64,000 bases of DNA, from assembly GCA_964566925.1 (NCBI GenBank), contig CAZMIZ010000003.1, positions 30,792 to 94,791 of the forward strand, in the 5' to 3' direction. Positions 54,907 to 64,000 of this stretch are shown one piece after another. The number at the start of each line of letters is the position of its first letter. Position 1 is the stretch's first letter. Below the pieces are notes generated by a model that was not told where the DNA came from, did no database searches, and saw only the letters and a program-made list of their open reading frames with translations. Made by a program: the position numbers and the translations under genes. This stretch comes from an uncultured Gammaproteobacteria bacterium (GTDB taxonomy: Bacteria > Patescibacteriota > Microgenomatia > PFEM01 > DATLAM01).

Positions 54907-55979
54907 TCTTCCTCGACTATCTTTTTAAATTTAATTTTAAATCTTTCTTGATCAAATCTGGCTGCGCTTTTTCGGCATTCAACTGGATCGTAATTTTCAG
55001 ATTCAAACCTTTTTAAGGCTTTTACTAAGGCTTCAACTGTCTGGGGGTAAAAAAAGCTTCCGGTCACCCTCCTAACAACGCTTTCAAGGGCTCCCCCACC
55101 CTGATAGGCAATTACTGGTCGGCCGCAAGCTTGAACCTCTAAAGGTACGAGGCCGAAATCTTCCTCTTGAGGAAAGATTAAGGCACGACATCCTTGATAG
55201 TAACCTAAAAGCTGGTTGTCTGTCAATTGGCCAAAAAATTCGATGTTTTTTTTGGCCATTCTTTTGAGCCGCTCCATCTCCCGGCCAACCCCAATAATTT
55301 TTAAAGGCCAACCCAACTGGTTGAAGGCCTTAATGGCGAGCTCAACCCGTTTATAGCCAAAATCCAATCTGGAAATAAGTAGAAAATAGGGTTCTGCCTG
55401 CGGCCTTTGGTTTCCTGTTTTCCATTTTTGAGTATCAACTGGCGGATAAACCACTTTCGACTCTCTCCCATAATATTTTTTAATCCTGCCAGCCACATTT
55501 TTGGAAATAGCCAAATAAATATCTGGCCTTTGGGCAGCTACTTGGTCCCAGCGCCGAAGATAAGCCACGATTGGTCTGGTTAGAAAACGGAAAGTTTTGT
55601 TTCGAAAATAATCCTGGTAGCCGCTCCAAAGATAACGAGTTGGCGTCAGGCAATAACAAAGATGTAAAGTTTGGGGTTTAGTAATAATTCCCTTGGCCGC
55701 TTCGCTGGTAACGGAAATAACCAAATCATATTGGTCAAAAGTAAAGGACTCAAAAGCTAAAGGCATTAAAGGGGCTAAGATTTCGTGTTGGGTTTTAACC
55801 AAAGGAAAGCGGTTTAAAAAAGAAGGGATTACCTTGAATTTTTCTGCCCACGGGGCTGTTTGGGGATGATAGACAGAGGTATAAAGGGGCGCTCCTGGCC
55901 AAATTTCATGAAGAACCCCTAGGACTCTTTCGGCTCCTCCGATTTTATTGACTCGATCATAAACTAAAGCAACTCTCAT
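54885..55979 (-). CDS. glycosyltransferase family 4
   Basis: GGAERV, EDFGLVPLE. Confidence 0.92.
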   Translation of the reverse strand: MRVALVYDRVNKIGGAERVLGVLHEIWPGAPLYTSVYHPQTAPWAEKFKVIPSFLNRFPLVKTQHEILAPLMPLAFESFTFDQYDLVISVTSEAAKGIITKPQTLHLCYCLTPTRYLWSGYQDYFRNKTFRFLTRPIVAYLRRWDQVAAQRPDIYLAISKNVAGRIKKYYGRESKVVYPPVDTQKWKTGNQRPQAEPYFLLISRLDFGYKRVELAIKAFNQLGWPLKIIGVGREMERLKRMAKKNIEFFGQLTDNQLLGYYQGCRALIFPQEEDFGLVPLEVQACGRPVIAYQGGGALESVVRRVTGSFFYPQTVEALVKALKRFESENYDPVECRKSAARFDQERFKIKFKKIVEEEWRKWRQ

Positions 55980-57081
55980 AAACTCCTAGGGTTTGTTTGG
56001 CCATTTTCTGCCAACTGTATTTTTTAACCTGCTTCAAACCTTGTTTTTTCAACCGCTCTCTTAATTTCTTCTTTTGAATCACTTTTTTGATTTTTTTGAC
56101 AAGATCTTCTATATCGGTCGGGTCAAAATATAAAGCGGCCTCACCGTAAACCTCTTTTAAGACCGGAATGGCTGAAGCAAGAACTGGACAACCAGTAGCC
56201 ATCGCTTCTAAGCCAATCAGGCCAAAACCTTCAAGCAGCGAAGGTAAAACAAAGGCTTCCGCCTTTTGATAAAGAGCGGCGAGTTCGTTATCGGGGATAA
56301 AACCGGCAAAATTGACAAACTTCTCGGCCTCCAGGTGGGCAACCTTTCTCATAAACCTCTGGTAAAAAATGCTTCTGGCGCAAACCACCACCAGAACTAA
56401 ACGAAGACGCTTAGCCGCCCTGACTAAGCGCTCAACATTCTTGTGGGGATAGAGGCTGCCAGTATAAATGAGAAATGGCTCCTGAATATCGTATTTTTCC
56501 AAAATCCCATTTGCTTCTCGAGGACTCATGTTGGGCTTCCAAAAAGACTCCCCCACCCCTTCGTAAATAGCGACCACCTTTCCCTGGGAAAGCTTGTATC
56601 GGCTGATCAATTCGCTTTTCCACCACTGGCTGGGAACAACGATTTTAGCCGCTCTTTTAATGGCAATGGCCATCACCAATTTGTAAACCCAATATTTTAA
56701 CCAATAAAATGGTCGCCAACGAGTGGTTGTTTCTGAACCCTTTGACTGATGTTTAATCAAATCATGAATGGTCACCACTTGTTTTCCCCACCAAAAGATC
56801 GGCACATTGAAATGAGGAAAATGGGCCAAGTCAGGTTTCAGTTTAATTAATTGAAGCGGGAGGAAAATTTGCTCTTTAAATGAATAATGGGAATAATCAG
56901 CTAAAATTTTTTTAAACCTTTTATTCTTAAACCTTAAGGCGCGAAAGTATTTTTTTCTTAAGAGGATCAGATAATCATTATTTTTATCCAGCTTTTCAAT
57001 CTGGTTAACCAAATTCATTACATACCGGCCAATACCGGCATGCTCTAATCCATACATCCTAGCATCAATAAGAATTTTCAT
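55957..57081 (-). CDS. glycosyltransferase family 4
   Basis: GIGRY, TIHD, HKN, EGFGLIGLEAM. Confidence 0.92.
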   Translation of the reverse strand: MKILIDARMYGLEHAGIGRYVMNLVNQIEKLDKNNDYLILLRKKYFRALRFKNKRFKKILADYSHYSFKEQIFLPLQLIKLKPDLAHFPHFNVPIFWWGKQVVTIHDLIKHQSKGSETTTRWRPFYWLKYWVYKLVMAIAIKRAAKIVVPSQWWKSELISRYKLSQGKVVAIYEGVGESFWKPNMSPREANGILEKYDIQEPFLIYTGSLYPHKNVERLVRAAKRLRLVLVVVCARSIFYQRFMRKVAHLEAEKFVNFAGFIPDNELAALYQKAEAFVLPSLLEGFGLIGLEAMATGCPVLASAIPVLKEVYGEAALYFDPTDIEDLVKKIKKVIQKKKLRERLKKQGLKQVKKYSWQKMAKQTLGVYESCFSL

Positions 57082-57091
57082 AAAAATTTCG

Positions 57092-58027
57092 TCAACGTGA
57101 AGCTTTTAATAATCTTATTTTTTCAAGCAAACCAATTCCCTTCATGACCAGCCAGGCAATAATCTTCGGATATCTATTCTGATAGTGTTTCTGGTAAAAG
57201 ATTCGCATCACCTCAGTCGAAGATCGAGCGGCGCGCATTTTTGTTTCTTTTGTCGCCGTCGTCAATTCTTGAGATTGCTTTTTCATTCCAGAGGCCACCC
57301 CTTTATAATGAATAATTTTTACCTGAGGGAGAAAATAAACCTGCCAACCTTTTTCTTTTAAGCGATAACAAAAATCTAAATCTTCACCATACCAAAAGTA
57401 GTCTTCATCCCACCAATCTATCTGGTCGCCGGCCCGACGACGAACCATTAAAAAGGCGCCACAACCAGAATCAATTTCATGAGCTTTATCTAAGGGAAGA
57501 TATCCCAGTGAGTAACCAGAAAAGAATTTAATTTTAGCCAAAGCTTTGTCTAAACCCAGAAAATGAAAGAAGGCATTGCCAGGAGTGGGAAAGCCGCGGT
57601 GACAAGCGTCATCAAGTTGGCCATCAGGAAGCTCCACCCGACAAGTAGCCGCACCTACCCGGCAATGTTGATCCATAAACTCAATCATTGTTTTAAGGGT
57701 CTTGGCCGCTACTTTAGTATCCGGGTTTAAAAAAAGAAGGTAACGCCCTCGTGAGCGGGGAATTCCCAGGTTGTTGCCAGCGGCAAAGCCGATATTTTTT
57801 TTGCTTTCAACCAGCTGGACCGCTTTAAATTCCTTTTGGACCATGGCCGCTGACCCGTCAGAAGAAGCATTATCAACAACAATTATTTCATCGCTGATGA
57901 CTGATGATTGATGATTGATGGTCAATGATTGATGGTCAATGATTGATTTCAAGCATTGCCTAAGAAAATCTTTGGTATTGAAATTGAGAATGATAATCGA
58001 TAAATCAAGTTTTTTATTTTTCATCAA
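57092..58027 (-). CDS. glycosyltransferase family 2 (rhamnosyltransferase-like)
   Basis: VDNASSDGS, NIGFAAGNN, LNPD, YGEDLD. Confidence 0.92.
   Translation of the reverse strand: MMKNKKLDLSIIILNFNTKDFLRQCLKSIIDHQSLTINHQSSVISDEIIVVDNASSDGSAAMVQKEFKAVQLVESKKNIGFAAGNNLGIPRSRGRYLLFLNPDTKVAAKTLKTMIEFMDQHCRVGAATCRVELPDGQLDDACHRGFPTPGNAFFHFLGLDKALAKIKFFSGYSLGYLPLDKAHEIDSGCGAFLMVRRRAGDQIDWWDEDYFWYGEDLDFCYRLKEKGWQVYFLPQVKIIHYKGVASGMKKQSQELTTATKETKMRAARSSTEVMRIFYQKHYQNRYPKIIAWLVMKGIGLLEKIRLLKASR
57894..57949. repeat. degenerate 7-nt tandem repeat x8 inside the GT2 gene
   Basis: ctgatga ctgatga ttgatga ttgatgg tcaatga ttgatgg tcaatga ttgattt. Confidence 0.85.
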
Positions 58028-59207
58028 CGATCTTTTGAAAAACCTGTTCTAGTTTCTGGCCGATTTTTAACCAATCATAAAGTCTCTCTACCAAGGCTCG
58101 GCTGGATTTCCCTAACTGTTGACAGCGAGCTCTATTGGTTAATAATTTTACCACTTGATTGGCAAATTCTTGAGGTTCATTGGCAACCAGAACCTCTTTA
58201 TCTTTCTTTGCCCTAATACCTTCAACTCCCACTAAGGTGGTCACCACTGGCAGGCCGGCGGCCATGGCTTCTAAAATCTTAATATTCGTGCCGCTGGCCA
58301 CCCGGATAGGGGCGACAAAGATATCGCCTCGATCCAGCAATTCGTTAGCGGAGATTTTTTCCTGAACGAGCTCAATTGAGGAATCAGTCAGATATTTTTC
58401 TAACCAACCGGGCTTGAACCAACTGACTAAAATAAATTTGACGTTTTTTACTCTTCTCTTAATTTCGGGGTAGATTTGTTTAAGAAAAAATTTCATCGCG
58501 TCATTATTGGCTTGATAAATCAGGGTGCCAATAAAAATCAGCGTCCTATCTCCTTGGTGAGTCTTAATCTTTCTAAAAGCCTGAAAATTAACTCCATTAG
58601 GAATAATAAAGCAATTATCCCCGGCGACTTGCCTGATGATCTGAGCCTCTTCCTCAGACAAAGCTAAATTAAGATCGGCTTGACACCAGAGCTTCTCTTC
58701 AAAAAGACGCATCTTGAAAACCTCCAATTTTAATAGCCAACGGAGAAGTGAAAACCTCAATGAGTCGGTATAGCGTCGATAAACCCGATATTCAATATTC
58801 TCATTTCCCATCACTGTCTTTACCCCCAGCTTCTTGGCCACCGGCAGATAAAGGGCGGGGTAAAAAGATTCAAAATGAACCAGATCATATTGTTCCCTTT
58901 GTAATTCCTCAATTAAAGCCTTTTCCAGCAGCGGCGAATAGTAAGTGGCGGCCGGGAAAGGGAGAGACGTTAGCAGGCTTCGCAAGACATTCTGCCAGGA
59001 CCAGGCTTTTTTTCTCTTAAAGAGGCGAATTTGGCGGCAAGATTTTTTCAGTTCAGGAAGATATTTCTTCTGCTCTTCATCCCGGTAATAAGAGAAAAGG
59101 GTAATCTCGTGTTTCTTGGCCAACCCCTTAATCAAATAGTAAGCCCTGATCTTGCCCCCGGAGATCAAAGGATAGGGTAAGTCATAAGTAAGAAAAAGAA
59201 TTTTCAT
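58014..59207 (-). CDS. glycosyltransferase family 4
   Basis: PYPLISGGKIR, IPNGV, GTNIKILEAMAAG. Confidence 0.9.
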   Translation of the reverse strand: MKILFLTYDLPYPLISGGKIRAYYLIKGLAKKHEITLFSYYRDEEQKKYLPELKKSCRQIRLFKRKKAWSWQNVLRSLLTSLPFPAATYYSPLLEKALIEELQREQYDLVHFESFYPALYLPVAKKLGVKTVMGNENIEYRVYRRYTDSLRFSLLRWLLKLEVFKMRLFEEKLWCQADLNLALSEEEAQIIRQVAGDNCFIIPNGVNFQAFRKIKTHQGDRTLIFIGTLIYQANNDAMKFFLKQIYPEIKRRVKNVKFILVSWFKPGWLEKYLTDSSIELVQEKISANELLDRGDIFVAPIRVASGTNIKILEAMAAGLPVVTTLVGVEGIRAKKDKEVLVANEPQEFANQVVKLLTNRARCQQLGKSSRALVERLYDWLKIGQKLEQVFQKIVDEK

Positions 59208-60616
59208 TGGAGTTTAACAATCACATAATTATTTGTTTTTTCTAAAATTTCATGATTATCCATCACCCACTGGGTTTCTTGATCAAAATTAATGTTAACG
59301 TAGTAATCCGCTCCTAAATTTTTGAACTTTTCAATTTCAATCCCTATTGGCCACCCCTGCCGATTGGTTTGGTACAAAAAGGCGGTATCGCCTCCATAAG
59401 GAGCAATCACCTTGGCTCCCGGGGGCACCAATCGGTCAACCGCCTTACCCGCCTCAACGATAACGGGATTATTGACATTGAAAAAATCGCGGACCTGGAA
59501 CCAAGAAAAAGCAAACATAAACAAAACAACACTAATTAGTAATAGACGACTGGTAATTCGGGAAAAAGATGGCCGGGGAGCCATTAAGAGAAAATGGGCT
59601 CCCTTGGCAAGAAAAACACAAATAAGAGGAATAGCTAAAATTTGATAATAATCATGGCGGACGTTGCCTCCGGCGATGATCACAAAATAGGCAAGAATTG
59701 CCATTAACCACGAATAGAAAAACCAGCCTTCCTTTTTGTTTGGCTTGGCCATTAGTCCTAACCCTAAAAGAATTAATCCCCAAAATCCCAAGATCAATTT
59801 GCCAAGTCTCTCAGCAAAGATCCAATAGAAAAAGGCCCCCTTTAGACGAATCCCGCCTTCATTAAAAAGCCAACCATAAGCCGGGATTCCTTCTGGATAA
59901 TGGCTTATCCACCAACGCCAGAGAAAAAAAGGAAGCAAGGCTATTAAGATATAAAGATATAAGGAAAAATATCTTCTGTAATTAAAACGCCACCTTCTCC
60001 AGGCTAAATAAGTAATCGGTAAAAGCAAAATGAGAGTGAAGGGTTTAATCAGGAAAGAAAAGACGGCGAAGATCCAAGCTAAAATTAACTCTAGGAATCG
60101 CGAATTATTCCCTATCCATTGGTCAAAAAAATAAATCATCCCTAGACTGGTAAAGAGCATCATTGGTTCAGGTAAAATCACTCGACTGTAGTAAATATTA
60201 AAAGGTAAAACAGCAAAGAAAAAAGCAGCTAAAAGAGCCGTCTGCTCGCTTAAATAATGCCTGGCTATTAAATAAAGAAAAAACAAAGATCCCAATGAAA
60301 AAAGAATAGAAACTAGCCTTCCCCAAACTTCCAGGCTGACTACGGGCGCGGCCTTAAAGATGGCTGCTTGGAGAAAGTTATAGATTGGAAATTCAACAAA
60401 CCGATAACCCTCTGGATTTTCCAGTCCAGAAGGCACGTTAGAAAGGTCGTCAAATCTCGGATGGAGAAGATCAAAACCATTTTTAACAAAATTCCGGGAA
60501 ACAGCACTAGTATCCGCCTGACGCCAAGAATGCCAATCAGCTAAAGGTGAATTAATTCGATAAAGCCGTAAACTAAAAGCCAAGACAATAATTAAAACGA
60601 GGGCTAACTTCTTCAT
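59204..60616 (-). CDS. GT-C (PMT/ArnT-like) membrane glycosyltransferase
   Basis: DWHSWRQADT loop after first TM, EFPIYN, many TM helices. Confidence 0.8.
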   Translation of the reverse strand: MKKLALVLIIVLAFSLRLYRINSPLADWHSWRQADTSAVSRNFVKNGFDLLHPRFDDLSNVPSGLENPEGYRFVEFPIYNFLQAAIFKAAPVVSLEVWGRLVSILFSLGSLFFLYLIARHYLSEQTALLAAFFFAVLPFNIYYSRVILPEPMMLFTSLGMIYFFDQWIGNNSRFLELILAWIFAVFSFLIKPFTLILLLPITYLAWRRWRFNYRRYFSLYLYILIALLPFFLWRWWISHYPEGIPAYGWLFNEGGIRLKGAFFYWIFAERLGKLILGFWGLILLGLGLMAKPNKKEGWFFYSWLMAILAYFVIIAGGNVRHDYYQILAIPLICVFLAKGAHFLLMAPRPSFSRITSRLLLISVVLFMFAFSWFQVRDFFNVNNPVIVEAGKAVDRLVPPGAKVIAPYGGDTAFLYQTNRQGWPIGIEIEKFKNLGADYYVNINFDQETQWVMDNHEILEKTNNYVIVKLQ

Positions 60617-63615
60617 CGCTTGATTTCTTTTAATTCTTTATCTTCGTAAAGGAAAACGTAAGTCTTAGGCTTATCTTCAGTCAGCTTAAGAGTTTGATCA
60701 AGGTCGTCAGTCCTCTTGACAACTAAAGTTTCATCTCGATAGATAAACCACAAGCCATCTTCTAGTCCCACAGGAAAAACCCAAGCTCGACTGAGCCGAA
60801 GAGGGAGATTGACAAAATAGAGAACCGCCTCTTGAGGAAACTCAGCGTAATTCGAGCTTAAAGCTAAAAGGGTTTGGTTGGAGAGCTCGCCGGCTTGACG
60901 CCAATCCTCCTTAACCCTAGTAAATTCCCGATTATAAAACCCAGCCAAGAGGCCGATTAACAAGCTGGCAATCACTAAACCGAAGATAAAATGGCGCTTC
61001 TTGAGAGTTTGATAAACCCAGTTTATCCCCAGACCAATCAAAATAAAAAACCCTAGGTTGGCTAAATAAACATACCTCTCGGCGATGTTCCCTAAACCCA
61101 AGAAGGGTAAAAGGAGGATGATCAGCCAGCCGATTGAGAAAAGAGTCAATTTCGTCAACTTCAAACGGGAGAGAAAAAGCTTGACTAGAAAAAGGCCAGC
61201 GATCAACAGGGCGACAGCCATTAGTTTATGAGACCGCAAAGAGACACGGGTAAGATCATAGACCGGCAGAAAACGAAAACCAGCGATGAGCTCACCAAGA
61301 TAGCCAAAAAGATTCCCAACAAAGTTAAGGGCAAAATACCTAAGATTGTAGCTATAGTCTCCACTTAACCAATGGGCCTGGGCAACATTGTTTCTGAGCC
61401 AAAAATAAACTACTGTTAAAAAACCAAAAGGCAAATAGGGAACCATTTTCTCTAACCAGCCAACTGATTTTTTAAACTGATGAAAAAGAAAATCATAAAG
61501 AAGAAGCAATAGAGGAAAAACAACCATCAGTTCATGTGAGGCTAAACCAAAGATAAAAGCTAATAAAACGGCAACGAAGAGAAACGGTTTCCATTTTTTC
61601 TGGCTCTGGCGCCACTGGAGATAAGCAATAAATCCCCAAAGAAGGAAGAAGCGGGCCAGAAGAATTGAAGTCGAAGAGATCCAGAGGACGGCTTCCGAAT
61701 TAACCGGATGGACCAGAAAAATCAGGCTGGCAATAAAGGCAACCAGTTTTTTCTTAGACAGGCGCAGCGTTAAAAGATAGGCGCCAAGAACACAACCAAA
61801 ATGGAGAGCAAAATCAAATAAATGATAACCGGCTGGGTTGAGGCCAAAAAAGGGCTTAACTAAAAGGAAATAGGTTTTGGCTAAAGGCCGATAGAAAAAA
61901 CCCTCAGCCGAAAGAAAGAACTGGGGGATATCAGCTATCCTTGAGGTGGCTGCCCACCGGAGCCAGGTAAAATCGTCGCCAACAAAATAGTTAGCCAAGC
62001 CGGTTAAGAAAACCAGGAAGGTTAAGAAGGCGAAAAAAACAATAGGAACAATCGGCCAATTGATAACTTCAATCGCCTCTTTGACCAAAGATTTTCTTCT
62101 GGGAAGATAAAAATTAATTGTCCCAACGGTAATGCCTAAAAGAATCCAAAGGGAGAAGGCTACTTTTGAAGCCTCAAAAACATCAATCAAAACCGCGTTC
62201 AGCATTAAACCTAGAACGCCGGCAGTCATCCCAATGACCATGCTTCGGCCAAAAAGAGCCTTAATCCTGGCTAAACCCTGCTTGGCTAAAAGCCCCAGAC
62301 TGAAGAAGAGGCCTAAAAAGGCAAAAAAACCTAAAAGGCCCGTCTCGCCTAAAGCCCGAAGATAACTACTATCAGTGCCGACATCGATAGCCGAATAGCC
62401 AGAGCCTAAAAGGGGATTACGTTGAAAAGCTTTATAGGCTCGAGGCCAAGTTCCTTGAAAGCGAGTGGTGAAGGAAATATCATAAACAATCGCCCTTTGA
62501 ATTAAAAACTGGCCTGAAATGGTCGCGATTTCCGAGGACATGGTGGCTGTTTTCAAGGATTTTCTGATCATCGCCACTTCAGTCGCCTCAGGCGCTTCCT
62601 TTTGAACTAACGGTAACTGGATGAAGCCCGTTCCTAAAGGCAGTTCTTCTACTTCCTGAACCGCTTCTTCTTGGACAGCGGCAATTGGTTTACCGGTGCG
62701 AGCATCATAAACCACCTCCTCTACTCTGAAAGTTTTTCCGAAGCGTCCTGAAGCTCCGGAAACATAACTCATTAGAATCAAACTAATTAAGACCACCGGG
62801 ATAATCAGCCATTTCTTTTTCTGGAGATATAAAACAAGAGAAATGGCCATTAAATAAACCATAAAAGAGATTCTAGACGCCGTAAAAAGGAGGAGGATAA
62901 AACTAGCAAAAACCAGAACCAGGAGAGGAATTTTTAAGGCCCATCTCTTTAAACCGAAAAAAAGACTCCCAAAAAGAGCAATCACTAAAACCAAATAGGC
63001 AGCCAGGTCATAGTGGCCAGCAAAGGTAGAGGTAATCCTGGCGGTCTCGGGTAGATATAAAGGCACGCCCTTGGCAAATTCCTCATTCATCGTCAGAAAG
63101 GCGGGCCAGCCCAAGAATTTTTGCCCAAAACCGTAAAGACAAACCGCCCCTAGAGCGACGGCGGCAACCAAGAGATATCTTTTTACTCTCTTGATATCTT
63201 TGATGGTGGAGGCGGCGACAAAGAAAAGAATCATGTATTCAATCCGCCGGAGATAGTGAAGAATGGCTAAATGAGGGAAGAAATTAGCTAAATGAGTCCT
63301 TAAAAAAATTAATGAAAAGAGAACAGAAATACCTCCCACCAACCAATAAACTCCAATGGGGATAACCAAGGGGGGCTTGAAAGTCACTTTCCGTCGCCAA
63401 AGCTGAATCAGCCAAAAACCAACCACGGCCGCCACCAAAACATCTTCAAGCCTGACATAAACCCAAGTATTACTGACATCCACTAAGGGAAGCTTGGGAT
63501 AAAGAGGAATAAAAAATAAAAGAAAGCTAACCCCAATCTCTAAGAGATGTTTATCAAACCACGAAAAAAATTTAGAAAATTTAAACGTGGCAGGCCATTT
63601 TAAAAGCTTTTGCAT
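60613..63615 (-). CDS. O-antigen ligase-like domain fused to a GT-C-like domain
   Basis: RITSTFAGH, TASR, NPLLGSG, DSSYLRALGETG; then GDDFTW, FYRPL, HPVNSEAV, AERY. Confidence 0.75.
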   Translation of the reverse strand: MQKLLKWPATFKFSKFFSWFDKHLLEIGVSFLLFFIPLYPKLPLVDVSNTWVYVRLEDVLVAAVVGFWLIQLWRRKVTFKPPLVIPIGVYWLVGGISVLFSLIFLRTHLANFFPHLAILHYLRRIEYMILFFVAASTIKDIKRVKRYLLVAAVALGAVCLYGFGQKFLGWPAFLTMNEEFAKGVPLYLPETARITSTFAGHYDLAAYLVLVIALFGSLFFGLKRWALKIPLLVLVFASFILLLFTASRISFMVYLMAISLVLYLQKKKWLIIPVVLISLILMSYVSGASGRFGKTFRVEEVVYDARTGKPIAAVQEEAVQEVEELPLGTGFIQLPLVQKEAPEATEVAMIRKSLKTATMSSEIATISGQFLIQRAIVYDISFTTRFQGTWPRAYKAFQRNPLLGSGYSAIDVGTDSSYLRALGETGLLGFFAFLGLFFSLGLLAKQGLARIKALFGRSMVIGMTAGVLGLMLNAVLIDVFEASKVAFSLWILLGITVGTINFYLPRRKSLVKEAIEVINWPIVPIVFFAFLTFLVFLTGLANYFVGDDFTWLRWAATSRIADIPQFFLSAEGFFYRPLAKTYFLLVKPFFGLNPAGYHLFDFALHFGCVLGAYLLTLRLSKKKLVAFIASLIFLVHPVNSEAVLWISSTSILLARFFLLWGFIAYLQWRQSQKKWKPFLFVAVLLAFIFGLASHELMVVFPLLLLLYDFLFHQFKKSVGWLEKMVPYLPFGFLTVVYFWLRNNVAQAHWLSGDYSYNLRYFALNFVGNLFGYLGELIAGFRFLPVYDLTRVSLRSHKLMAVALLIAGLFLVKLFLSRLKLTKLTLFSIGWLIILLLPFLGLGNIAERYVYLANLGFFILIGLGINWVYQTLKKRHFIFGLVIASLLIGLLAGFYNREFTRVKEDWRQAGELSNQTLLALSSNYAEFPQEAVLYFVNLPLRLSRAWVFPVGLEDGLWFIYRDETLVVKRTDDLDQTLKLTEDKPKTYVFLYEDKELKEIKR

Positions 63616-64000
63616 AAGTCTTTTTAAGGTATTGATTGTTGGTTAAAACGCCTATCAGCCAGGCTCCGGCGGCTTTAACCTTTAAGCAAAATTTTAACAC
63701 ACTCAGCTGCCAGGGGGCAAAGTGTCTTTGGTAAAAATAAATCAAGCCTTGATAAATTCCCCAGACGGCTTTTTGTCTCCCCTGCCAACTGTCGGCAGAA
63801 CTCCCCCGAACTAAATGATAGATTTCCGCCTCAGGACAGAACCAAACCTGCCAACCCGCTTGCTTAAACCGATAACACCATTCGACTTCTTCCATATACA
63901 TAAAAAACTTTTCGTCCAAAGGGCCAGCTTTTTCAAGCGCCTCTTTTTTGACTAATAAGGCCGCCCCCATCAACCAATCCACTGGGGTAGCCTTAGCCGG
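63581..64000 (-). CDS. glycosyltransferase family 2, C-terminal part (5'-truncated by the window)
   Basis: VDWLMGAAL, DEKFFMYMEEVEWC; frame open to right edge. Confidence 0.88.
   Translation of the reverse strand, partial: PAKATPVDWLMGAALLVKKEALEKAGPLDEKFFMYMEEVEWCYRFKQAGWQVWFCPEAEIYHLVRGSSADSWQGRQKAVWGIYQGLIYFYQRHFAPWQLSVLKFCLKVKAAGAWLIGVLTNNQYLKKTYAKAFKMACHV

Noticed and set aside
6205-62365. Short ORFs antisense to or nested in core genes (e.g. 6205..6576, 10445..10786, 12927..13277, 17921..18280, 45795..46118)
   Set aside because: Shadow frames of well-supported genes with no motifs or start signals
1-64000. CRISPR array, prophage or IS element
   Set aside because: Repeats occur only as pairs or 7-nt tandems; no cas, phage structural, integrase or transposase motifs seen
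1-64000. Stop-codon reassignment (code 25)
   Set aside because: Core genes are full length under code 11 and several end in TGA

Overview
Bacterial chromosome segment, standard genetic code, most likely Patescibacteria/CPR of the Microgenomates type (inference from eukaryote-type GlyRS, type-2 IleRS, short RecO, N-terminally truncated MurE/MurF, DUF4012 and many orphan ORFs). Left to right: a partial alpha/beta hydrolase and orphan ORFs beside tRNA-Val(CAC); lepB, parB, rpmA, rplU, rodA, ileS; a large minus-strand cell-wall/division cluster (mraZ to ftsZ, plus glmS, alr, ddl, murI, pgeF, dgkA and a GlmU-like gene) interrupted by an ~11.6 kb accessory island (GNAT fusion, JAB-motif protein, thermonuclease, NucS-like/DUF5655 nuclease, fused restriction-modification enzyme); glyS, recO; and a glycosyltransferase locus. 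The strongest unannotated signal is a candidate ribosome-dependent attenuator upstream of ileS: a 19-codon leader peptide with three consecutive Ile codons followed by a terminator hairpin. Also notable: in-frame palindromic insertions in four housekeeping genes, three single ORFs bracketed by direct repeats (two of them duplicated promoters), 7-nt tandem repeats inside genes, an unlisted 42-aa ORF between mraZ and rsmH, and many apparently leaderless genes. All calls come from reading motifs by eye; no searches were run.
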